A program made the position numbers and the translations under genes. Below the pieces are notes generated by a model. The model was not told where the DNA came from. It did no database searches and worked only from the letters and a program-made list of their open reading frames with translations. Positions 55,413 through 64,000 of a stretch of DNA of 64,000 nucleotides are shown here, piece by piece. Location of the stretch: NCBI GenBank assembly GCA_963770935.1, contig CAVYRJ010000001.1, positions 64,001 through 128,000 on the forward strand. The letters run 5' to 3'. Numbering within the stretch: position 1 is the stretch's first letter; every line of letters begins with the position of its first letter. Source of the stretch: Candidatus Bathyarchaeota archaeon. Lineage in GTDB: Archaea > Thermoproteota > Bathyarchaeia > Bathyarchaeales > Bathycorpusculaceae.

Positions 55413-56315
55413 TTGAAATTTGGCGTATTTCTCTATCAACCAGAGCCTGTTGAAGGTGTCGATTACAACTTCTACCGTCAAAAATCAGAATCTGGAATCG
55501 TTGGAAAACCAAATCCAAAAATGTACACTAACATCGCTGTCTTTGGCGATAATAACATGGCCGCGAAACGCCCAGATTGGGTATCCGTAAGCTCATACGG
55601 TCCAGCGCTCCGAACAAACAAACGCTTCAACCTCCGCTGGGACGTTGTATGTATGACTAACCCAGAAGCTAGAGAATACAACTTAAAAATCATCGCTGAA
55701 ACTGCTAAAGTAACTCCGGGCATCAGTATCAGCAGCCAACACTTTGCAGATCAGCATTTCTGTACTTGCCCAAGATGTATAGAGCAGCAACGTAAAAGCG
55801 GCTTAAAGTGGGTTGACTGGCGGGCGAAAGTTGTCACTGACTTCCTTGCTGAAGTTAAAGAAATAGTCTCCGGCAAACCACTCTTTGTCAACTGCCTCCC
55901 TGACCCATTAATGGGCAAGGAACGCTTCGGCTATGACTTTGAAGCCATGGCACAGTACGCTGACTACTTTGTAATCCCAATGTTCAGCAAAGCATACCCA
56001 ACCCCATGGTACTGGGAAACCATCGCAAGAGGCTATAAGAGCTTCCTAAAGAAGCCCGTCTTTGTAAACTTCTACGTCCGCGGACCAAACGAAACCTGGG
56101 ACACCGTTGCACCAACAAAACAAATCATGACAGTCGCAACACGTGTTGCACGCCAAGGCGTCGATGGCATCATCTTTCTGGCAGAAAAAGCCGAATACAT
56201 ACAAAAGTTCCAGAAAGAAGCAGCTGCAGACAAAGAAACCCGTGAGTTCCTCAAAGACCACGGCGGCGACGACGTCTTAGAACTCTTCAACCGCTGGGAA
56301 AAACTCTACAAATAG
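55413..56315 (+). CDS. Uncharacterised cytoplasmic protein with CxCPRC motif, probable TIM barrel (paralog B)
   Basis: VVCMTNPEAR, HFADQHFCTCPRC, WVDWRA and KERFGYDF. Confidence 0.7.
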   Translation: MKFGVFLYQPEPVEGVDYNFYRQKSESGIVGKPNPKMYTNIAVFGDNNMAAKRPDWVSVSSYGPALRTNKRFNLRWDVVCMTNPEAREYNLKIIAETAKVTPGISISSQHFADQHFCTCPRCIEQQRKSGLKWVDWRAKVVTDFLAEVKEIVSGKPLFVNCLPDPLMGKERFGYDFEAMAQYADYFVIPMFSKAYPTPWYWETIARGYKSFLKKPVFVNFYVRGPNETWDTVAPTKQIMTVATRVARQGVDGIIFLAEKAEYIQKFQKEAAADKETREFLKDHGGDDVLELFNRWEKLYK

Positions 56316-56381
56316 TTCCCATTCTTATTTTTAATTTTATTTTTTTTCCTGATAGCTTTAAGTTACCTGTATCATATTCTA

Positions 56382-56684
56382 TTGATGTTGCCTTGGCAAT
56401 TTTCAAAATCTGAAATACAGAAAGATAGTGAATATAAAAAAATGAAAATTATAAGAGGTTGGAAGATGTTGAGCCATGAATGTGGCTACTTAAACGATAA
56501 TTCAGGGCAAACCTTGGTCGTTTTGAAAAAGGAATACAGTAATAACTTTCATGTGCGGCTGTTTGAGTGCGGACAAACCAAGAAAGACGATGGCAAAACA
56601 ATCTCTCCTGACTATGCGACAAAGGCTAAAGCCGACGCGTTCGCGACCGATTGGATGCAGAAACATCCAACGGGCATGGCGTAA
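56382..56684 (+). CDS. Hypothetical protein (start may be ATG 56442)
   Basis: ORF with ordinary globular composition. Confidence 0.55.
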   Translation: MMLPWQFSKSEIQKDSEYKKMKIIRGWKMLSHECGYLNDNSGQTLVVLKKEYSNNFHVRLFECGQTKKDDGKTISPDYATKAKADAFATDWMQKHPTGMA

Positions 56685-56763
56685 TCAAATATTTTGTTTT
56701 AGCCAGACACCAATAAAGGAATAATAAAGAAAAGCTTTTGTTAGGGTGGAATTTGAGTGAAAA

Positions 56764-56925
56764 TTAGGCTGTTGTTGCCTTAATTTGTGCATCTATTTTT
56801 CTTTGGCGTTTTTGCAGAAGTTTTCGTTTGTTTGCCTTAGGGTTTGGTTTCACTCTGTAGACTTTGCCGTGGGTATTCGTGTAGTACTTTTTTCCTTTAG
56901 CCTTTAGTTTTGTCTTTTTCTTCAA
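56764..56925 (-). CDS. Small, very basic protein (53 aa)
   Basis: GGAGG upstream of TTG 56925; MKKKTKLKAKGKKYYTNTHGKVYRVKPNPKANKRK... Confidence 0.6.
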   Translation of the reverse strand: MKKKTKLKAKGKKYYTNTHGKVYRVKPNPKANKRKLLQKRQRKIDAQIKATTA

Positions 56926-57153
56926 GCGTATAGTCCCTCCTTGGCTCTCCAACAGGGAATTGTGCTATACAATACACCGTAACTATTTGAGTATGCCTAT
57001 AAAAAATAAAATGTACAAAGCGTGACTTCCTAGTTTTTAACCATTATTTGATATGTAAGTCGCCATTCATTTATAAGTCCGCAGCAAGTATATTTAATGA
57101 TCTTGTAAAACACTAAATTTTTTTGCAAGAACCTCAATGGAGAAGGCAACTAT

Positions 57154-57288
57154 ATGTACACTTACGAAAAACTCATTCAAGAAAAATTTAAATGCAGAAT
57201 ATGTTCATCAAGTTTCCAAACTCCCGACGAGCTACGTGCCCACAGAATGGTTGCCCACAAAGGACACATGCTTGCATTTAGGCGTTAA
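57154..57288 (+). CDS. C2H2 zinc-finger microprotein (44 aa)
   Basis: MYTYEKLIQEKFKCRICSSSFQTPDELRAHRMVAHKGHMLAFRR; GGAG upstream; shorter than any ORF in the track. Confidence 0.75.
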   Translation: MYTYEKLIQEKFKCRICSSSFQTPDELRAHRMVAHKGHMLAFRR

Positions 57289-57610
57289 GTCCATTTTGTT
57301 TTTTTATTGTGTTAACCGAATACAATTTGTTTGCAATTAGCTAAAAGAAACCCATAAATCTACACAAGCAGCTACCCTTTATAGCGCATTAGAATAGTCA
57401 TACAAAAACCTAACATGGACACCCTGCAGAAAATGAGAATATAGAAAAGGGTTTATTTTTTTCCGAGCAATAAAGTGAGTAACAGTTGATTAGAATCGTT
57501 AAATACCTAATTTTTCTCCATCATCCATGATTTTTTAAGTCTTTTACTTTGTTTAGAAAACTATATAATGCATCTTCGCGTACAACCACTCACTCAAAAG
57601 GCGAACTACA

Positions 57611-58996
57611 TTGAAGGTTACTCTAGTCAATCCACCTTATCCATCAAATGCACATTCACATCCACCATTCATACCGTTGGGACTAGCATACCTTGGAGCA
57701 GTCGCCGAAAAAGCAGGCCATCAAGTTAGCATAATCGATTGCCAAGCAGAAAAACTATCCTACGACACTTTCCGACAAAGAATCGCAAAGGTTCCATCCG
57801 ACATTGTCGGCGTAACTTCCACCACACTTCTTTATAATTCAGCCAAAAAAATAATGGAAACCGCCAAGGAAGAACACCCAAAAGCCGTCAACATGATTGG
57901 CGGAAGCCATGTAAGCTTTTGGGACGAGAATGCCCTCAACGAATGCCCAAGCATAGATATTGTTGTGAGACGTGAAGGCGAATTTACATTTCTTGAGTTG
58001 CTGCAACGTATAGAAGCAGAAAAGAACTTTAATGGAGTCTTAGGTACAACATTCCGAGCAAGCGATAAGAAAATCCTTCGCAACGAAGACAGACCATTCC
58101 TACAAGACTTGGATTCTCTTCCTTCCCCAGCGTACCATTTGCTTCCTCTAAACGCATTCCGCCGTATGGGCAAAACCATCTTTCCCTTAGTTACTAGCCG
58201 TGGATGCGTTCAATGGTGTGACTTCTGCAGCACAGTACGCATGTTCGGCAGAGGCTACCGTGTACGAAACCCCAAATACGTGATAGACGAAATGGAAATG
58301 CTCCACAACAAGTACGGCGAAAGCCAATTCACATTCTACGACGACGCATTTACGGTAAATCGCCAGCACGTACTGAAAATGTGCGAGGACATCAAAACCC
58401 GCAAACTCAAAGTCACTTGGGACTGCGAAACACGGGTCGATATGGTTGACAAAGAACTGTTATCGGCAATGTATGATGCAGGATGCATAACTGTATGGTT
58501 CGGCGTAGAATCTGGCTCAGAGAAAATGCTCTGCCAAATGAATAAAAAAATAAAGCTAGAGGAAACACGCTCAGCTTTCAAGATAGCCCAGAAAGTGGGT
58601 TTGATGACTATTGCCAGTGCAGTCATAGGCTTCCCCGGCGAAACTGAAGAAACCGCTTGGGAAACGATCAACTTCATAAACTCCCTGAACCCCGACGACA
58701 TAGGCTTCTATGTAGCAACACCCTACCCTGGAACGCCAATGTATGAGGAAGTAATCAAAAACGGCTGGTTGCGAATAACCGACTTCAACAAATACGACAC
58801 AGCAACCCCAACTTTCGAGACACCATACCTGAGCATGGAAAGAATCCGTGAAATCAAGTACAAAGCTCACCAGAAGTTTTACCTACGCCCAAGCTACGTG
58901 TTCAAGATGATGCGAAAAGGCGGAACCTACGGCCGGTCTGGATTGAAAACGTCTGCGGCCTATGCACTCAGAGCCATGCACATAAAACTCTCCTAA
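57611..58996 (+). CDS. B12-binding radical SAM protein (tandem copy 1)
   Basis: NPPYP, PLGLAYLGA and SRGCVQWCDFC. Confidence 0.92.
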   Translation: MKVTLVNPPYPSNAHSHPPFIPLGLAYLGAVAEKAGHQVSIIDCQAEKLSYDTFRQRIAKVPSDIVGVTSTTLLYNSAKKIMETAKEEHPKAVNMIGGSHVSFWDENALNECPSIDIVVRREGEFTFLELLQRIEAEKNFNGVLGTTFRASDKKILRNEDRPFLQDLDSLPSPAYHLLPLNAFRRMGKTIFPLVTSRGCVQWCDFCSTVRMFGRGYRVRNPKYVIDEMEMLHNKYGESQFTFYDDAFTVNRQHVLKMCEDIKTRKLKVTWDCETRVDMVDKELLSAMYDAGCITVWFGVESGSEKMLCQMNKKIKLEETRSAFKIAQKVGLMTIASAVIGFPGETEETAWETINFINSLNPDDIGFYVATPYPGTPMYEEVIKNGWLRITDFNKYDTATPTFETPYLSMERIREIKYKAHQKFYLRPSYVFKMMRKGGTYGRSGLKTSAAYALRAMHIKLS

Positions 58997-59094
58997 ACCT
59001 TCTTTTTCTAATATTTTGATTAATAATTGATAATTTAAGAAAGCAATATATTTAATCAACATAAGAATGTCCCCCTAGAAAGGCGCCAGCTGAA

Positions 59095-60477
59095 ATGAAA
59101 ATTACACTAGTTAATCCCCCTTATCCACCAAGCGTACATTCACATCCACCCTTTATCCCATTGGGCTTGGCATATTTGGGAGCAGTTGCAGAGAAAGCAG
59201 GCTACCAAGTCAAAGTTATTGATTGCCAGGCAGAAAAACTGACCTGCGAAACCTTCGGAGACCGCATCGCCCAAACGCCGTCTGACTTTATCGGGGTAAC
59301 AGCGACAACGCTACTCTACAAGTCCGCCATGAAGCTAATCACGATAGCTAAAAAGGCTCATCCACAAGCTGTCACGGTGCTCGGTGGATCACATGGAACT
59401 TTCTGGGACGAAAACGCCCTCAAAGAATATCCAAGCCTAGATATTGTCGTGCGAAGAGAAGGCGAATTAACTTTCATTGAACTCCTCGAAAAACTTCAGA
59501 ATAAAGGCAGCCTCAGCAACTTACTAGGCATCACCTACCGAAACGGCGACAAAACCATCCGAAATCCAGACAGACCCTTTATAGAAAACTTGGACCAACT
59601 GCCTTTTCCTGCGCATCATCTGCTGCCTCTTGAAAATTTAAAGCACAATGGTAAAATCCTGTTCCCCTTAGTCAGCAGTCGCGGATGTGTCTATTGGTGT
59701 GATTTCTGCAGCACAGTACGCATGTTCGGCAGAGGCTACCGAATGCGGAGTCCTAAAAACGTTGTAGACGAAATGCAGCTTGTACACGACAAATACGGCG
59801 TTGAACAAGTTACATTTTACGATGACGCATTTACTGTTGACCGCACTCGAGTGATGAAAATCTGCGAGGAGTTGCAATATAGAAAACTGCATATGATCTG
59901 GGATTGCGGTACCCGCGTGGATATGGTGGATCGTGAACTGATGAAAACTATGCATGCAGCGGGTTGCTTTGCGGTTTGGTTAGGTGTGGAGTCTGGTTCT
60001 GAAGCCATCCTTGGAGCGATGAACAAAAGTATCAAGCTGGATCAGACAAGAAAGGCATATAAAACGGCCCATGATGTAGGGTTGATGACGATTGCGAACG
60101 TCGTTTTAGGTTTTCCCGGGGAAACAGAAAAGACAGCTCGTGAAACCATCCGTTTCGTTAAAGAGTTGAACCCTGACGATGTGGGATTCTACATAGCTAC
60201 GCCTTATCCGGGCACACCAATGTACGAGGAAGTAAAGAAAAACGGTTGGCTAAAGACCACAGACTTTGATAAATATGATACTGCTGGTCCAACTTTTGAG
60301 ACACCCTCTTTGAGCATGGAGAAACTTACTAAACTCCGGTACAAAGCATATCAAGACTTTTACCTGAGGCCAAGCTATGTCCTAAGAATGATGCGTAGAG
60401 GAGGAACCTACGGCAGGGCAGCGGTTAAAACTTCAGGCGCTTATCTGCTCAGGTCGTTGCACGTTAAACTTTCGTAG
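59095..60477 (+). CDS. B12-binding radical SAM protein (tandem copy 2)
   Basis: NPPYP, PLGLAYLGA and SRGCVYWCDFC; close paralog of copy 1. Confidence 0.92.
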   Translation: MKITLVNPPYPPSVHSHPPFIPLGLAYLGAVAEKAGYQVKVIDCQAEKLTCETFGDRIAQTPSDFIGVTATTLLYKSAMKLITIAKKAHPQAVTVLGGSHGTFWDENALKEYPSLDIVVRREGELTFIELLEKLQNKGSLSNLLGITYRNGDKTIRNPDRPFIENLDQLPFPAHHLLPLENLKHNGKILFPLVSSRGCVYWCDFCSTVRMFGRGYRMRSPKNVVDEMQLVHDKYGVEQVTFYDDAFTVDRTRVMKICEELQYRKLHMIWDCGTRVDMVDRELMKTMHAAGCFAVWLGVESGSEAILGAMNKSIKLDQTRKAYKTAHDVGLMTIANVVLGFPGETEKTARETIRFVKELNPDDVGFYIATPYPGTPMYEEVKKNGWLKTTDFDKYDTAGPTFETPSLSMEKLTKLRYKAYQDFYLRPSYVLRMMRRGGTYGRAAVKTSGAYLLRSLHVKLS

Positions 60478-60843
60478 CTCCCGGCTTTTCCTAACCAAAG
60501 CAATTACTGCAAGAACCAGCACTAGCGCGCTAATCGAAATTGTAATTGAAGAAAAAGTAAAGCCGATGGATGATAATCCTAAGAACAAACCTACCAACCC
60601 GATTAAGCCAAAGCTTAACGCTACGGATAATACTATTTGTTCAACGAAATCTATTTTGTTTTTGCCCAAGAACAGTATGTTTACTAGACAGTATCCTGGA
60701 ATAAACGCTATAAAAACTGTACTTAATACATACCGAGGAACCAAAATAATCGAAATCTCTGGACTGCTTGGGATAAAATAAGTAACTAGTAATGTTAAAA
60801 CAGTGAATCCAACAATAATTTCAAACCATCTTAGCGGCTTCAG
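60433..60843 (-). CDS. Small membrane protein (DUF1616-like)
   Basis: FIPGYCL...EQIVLSVALS; about four TM helices; start uncertain. Confidence 0.6.
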   Translation of the reverse strand: MKPLRWFEIIVGFTVLTLLVTYFIPSSPEISIILVPRYVLSTVFIAFIPGYCLVNILFLGKNKIDFVEQIVLSVALSFGLIGLVGLFLGLSSIGFTFSSITISISALVLVLAVIALVRKSRELRKFNVQRPEQISA

Positions 60844-60892
60844 ATTTTAGCCTTCAAAAATTTAAACAAATAAAAAATAAAGGAAGAAAATT

Positions 60893-61804
60893 TTACATAA
60901 AAGCCTTGTAGATCGGGTGAGTTTCTTCTAGTGGTCTAGTTCCAAGGTCGCCTGCTGCAGATGCGATGTATGTGTCGGTTACTGCGACGGCTGGGAATAC
61001 CCATTCAGCTTGTTCGGCTGGTCCAATCATAAGCCAGTTTGCGCCTGCGACTTGCATGATTGCGTTGGTTGCGGTTCTACATCCTGGGCGGAATTCTTTT
61101 GCAACGTTTGCTTTTACCCAACCCATGGTTGTGACAACGTTTCCGCTGCCTAATCCTGTAGGGTGACCATACTTTTCTTTCATTATGGGTATGGTTCTAA
61201 CTGCAGTTCCCATGTCTGGGGCAAACGCAGGGATAGCTGTGTCGACTAGGGGCTTTGTGATTCCACCTTTTTCAGCTAACGCTAAGGCTTCAACAATGAC
61301 CTTCATTTTGCCTTCAAGGGTGGTATCTTTTGGGTCGTCAGCAAGCACAATTGACATTTTAATGCCACTGTCTTTTAGGACGGCTAATTCAGCATCGGTT
61401 ACGCCTTTGTAAACTGAGTTGTAGAAGCATCGGTCTGAAAGACCCATCTTTTTTGCCATGGTTGCTGCTGCCATGCGCGTCTTTGGGCTCATAGCGTCAA
61501 GCATTAGTGGTGCGTCACTGTGTTTTGAGACAAAGTCAATGTACTTCTCGAATGCCAGTTCAGTAGTTCCTACAATGTCAAAACCGAACGGGACACCTGT
61601 AATATCGCTTTGAGTGTGCATTGTGTTAATGATTTGTTCTGCAACGGCAGCATCAAAAATTCCTTTATTTGCATCCGAAACCATTTTTTGGCCTAGCCAA
61701 AAGATTGAGCCAATCAAGAATGTAGGTAATTCTCCCGGTTGACCGCCTACTTTGACTTTTGCTATTTCGTAAACTTTTTGATTCGTGTTGAATTTAAAGG
61801 ACAT
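60893..61804 (-). CDS. mtrH: MtrH-family methyl-corrinoid:pterin methyltransferase, stand-alone
   Basis: KVGGQPGELPTFLIGSIF, GIFD, YNSV and GHPTGLGSGN. Confidence 0.88.
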   Translation of the reverse strand: MSFKFNTNQKVYEIAKVKVGGQPGELPTFLIGSIFWLGQKMVSDANKGIFDAAVAEQIINTMHTQSDITGVPFGFDIVGTTELAFEKYIDFVSKHSDAPLMLDAMSPKTRMAAATMAKKMGLSDRCFYNSVYKGVTDAELAVLKDSGIKMSIVLADDPKDTTLEGKMKVIVEALALAEKGGITKPLVDTAIPAFAPDMGTAVRTIPIMKEKYGHPTGLGSGNVVTTMGWVKANVAKEFRPGCRTATNAIMQVAGANWLMIGPAEQAEWVFPAVAVTDTYIASAAGDLGTRPLEETHPIYKAFM

Positions 61805-61823
61805 TGTTCCACTTCAGAATTGA

Positions 61824-62249
61824 TTATTTCTTCAATGCTTTCTTTGCAAGCTCTGGAGCTTCTTCTTTGTTCTTGCCGAAGAGTGCGCCGATTGCATCAG
61901 CGTCTTCTTTCTTAACTGCTGCGCCACCCATAATTATGCCGACTTTGTCTTTTAATCCTGCTGCTTTGAGTAATTCGTCGAGTTTTGCAATGTTGTTCTT
62001 TGCTGGAACTGTATTGACTGAAATTGCAATCAAGTTTGCATTGTTTTCTTTTGCTTTGTCAACGAAGACTTGTGGTGCAACACTCTTTCCGACGTCAATG
62101 GTTTTGAATCCTGCTCGTTTTAGTGACCTGCGGACTGCTTCTTTTGCAGTGTCATGCATGTCTGGTTCGATGTTTCCGATAACAACTATGCCGATTGGAT
62201 TCTCTGGTTCTGGAGGCTCTTTTTCCATCATAGATTTAAGCCAAGACAT
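61824..62249 (-). CDS. Stand-alone corrinoid (B12-binding Rossmann domain) protein
   Basis: DMHDTAK (variant of DxHxxGK), GFKTIDVG and IIMGGA; 141 aa with no cap domain. Confidence 0.82.
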   Translation of the reverse strand: MSWLKSMMEKEPPEPENPIGIVVIGNIEPDMHDTAKEAVRRSLKRAGFKTIDVGKSVAPQVFVDKAKENNANLIAISVNTVPAKNNIAKLDELLKAAGLKDKVGIIMGGAAVKKEDADAIGALFGKNKEEAPELAKKALKK

Positions 62250-62357
62250 TTAAACACCTTTGTTTTCCTTTTTGATACTCTGGGCTTTTTATACTCGAAT
62301 TTGATATTTAACCTTTTACCAACAATTCCAATGTAAGCATATTAAGCGGGAAAGTAA

Positions 62358-64000
62358 ATGCTCAAAGCAAACAAAACATACCTCTTATTACTGTTAATTT
62401 TTACTTTCTCATTCGTATACCGCTTGGTCTTGATGCTTTGGGACATTTTTCCCTCGGGCGCTGACATTGGCTTGCATAATAGCGTAATATACTCGATTAC
62501 TGGGTCTGGAAAGGTAGATTTGTTTTATAATTTTTATCATATGGGTGGTGGTTTGTCTCTTACTTTTCCAGGTTACCACTTTTTTGCTTCAACGATAATG
62601 CTAATGGCTGGTCTGCCAGAATATGTAGCGCACGCAGCCGTTGTCTCTTTGTTTTCAGCGTTGATTGTTTTAGCTGCTTTTTTGATAACTAGGCGTGTAT
62701 GGTCAGAGCCAGCTGCATTCATCGTAGCTTTTTTAGCTGCGATTTCACGCTTTGACATCGAAATGCTACTCTGGGGAGGCTACCCCAATGTCATAACATT
62801 GATGTTAATTCCTGTGATTTTCTATCTGTATTTGCAGAAAGACCGGTTTTCCATAACTCCCTTTTCTAGTTTCGACATCTATTCTTGCAGGATCAATATT
62901 TTTAACGCATTCTTTAAGCGCTGCAGTCTATGTAGGCATAACTGTTGTTACAGTGCTCTTTGTGCTAATTAGACCTAAACTGTTGGGCACAACGCGAAAA
63001 ACTGGCCTTTACTGGTTGCTACCGATTGTTCTTGGCGCTATCTTATTTTCCCCATTTTTAATTCAGGCTGTGCCCGCTTACCTGAATAGTAACTCGTCAT
63101 TATCTTCTGACCCTATAAGTTCAAATGCCATCAAATTGGCAACTGTTGCCTCCCGAGTTCTGCCGCTTGATTTAGTTTTACCACTTTTTGGTGTTATTGT
63201 TGGATTCATTGTTCTCTCAAAAAAATATGTTGGACGATTTCTTTGCTTGCCAACGTTTCTTTTATCCATGTGGCTTTTTGTGCCCCTCTTATTAACTCAA
63301 AGCTATTTGGTTGGATTCTCTGTTGATTACAACCGTTTTCTATATTTCTTAATTTTCCCATTAATTATTTTCGTAGCAGTAGTTATCGAGCATGGCTCAA
63401 GCTTCTTTGCCCATATAATAGTTACTTACAGAAGTTTAACAAGCCAAACCCAAAAAACTCTCAAGAAAGCCACTAGCAAGAAAATAGAGCTGCATTTACC
63501 AGATTTAACACACAGAAGTATCTATGCGGGGTTTACCCTATTTTTCATACTTTTCTCGTTCCTTGCACTTCCAATCTTCATGGGTCCTGTGTACAATACA
63601 GGTCAAACAATTCAAAAGTTCTATCAAACTATGGATAATCAGGGTTGGGAGGCAATTCAATGGGCAAAAACTAACACTCCTAAAGATTCAGTATTTGTTT
63701 CGGACGCGTTATATGGTTGGTGGTTTGGTGGGTTTGCCCAGCGACGGACCTATAGTGCTGTTGATCCACAGTATTTATCGATTAATGAGGAATACAATAA
63801 AACCCTGTTTGCCAGAAACCTCCTCGATACTGATTATTTGATTGATAACGGGTATTTCCAAGTAAGAGAAGACGGCGGATACCTTTCAAGGCATAATCCA
63901 GAGTTTCTGGCGCACATAAGGAATGATTATTTCCCCTATCCATTCTTCAACTTTGATAATGACGCTATTGTAGTTACGCTGCTTAACGAAGGAAAAAGTG
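62358..64000 (+). CDS. Multi-pass membrane protein, GT-C glycosyltransferase-like (frameshift near 62862, truncated by the window edge)
   Basis: GADIGLH, FPGYHF and WGGYPN; many TM helices; reading continues in another frame through WAKTNTPKDSVFVSD...GWW. Confidence 0.6.

Noticed and set aside
3650-61412. Numerous antisense ORFs in the track, including similar MPF...VVVPIE ORFs opposite the KRP genes
   Set aside because: They are shadows of conserved sense-strand coding sequence.

Overview
Archaeal DNA, most likely Bathyarchaeia. This is inferred from the gene content (stand-alone MtrH with a corrinoid protein, GPN GTPase, TrmB), TATA promoters and oligo-T terminators. At least 14 genes are split by small indels, most likely long-read errors. 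The window is dominated by two interleaved paralog expansions. The first is six large secreted PQQ-like beta-propeller proteins with invariant DPVG, PNQHG and WxWR motifs and a shared C-terminal YFxP-like / TM helix / (K/R)K(R/H)P tail; four of them have a 5'-leader hairpin. The second is ten radical SAM genes: seven B12-binding, two SPASM and one HemN-like. Around these lie genes that could supply their cofactors and electrons: cobamide salvage (cbiB, cbiZ), a bacterial-type SAM synthetase, an rnfD-rnfC-only operon, a ferredoxin, and an MtrH-like methyltransferase with a cap-less corrinoid protein. cbiZ sits in an unusual cluster with two CxCPRC proteins, a nitrilase and an asparagine-synthase-like enzyme. 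I recognised no rRNA, tRNA, CRISPR array or mobile element.
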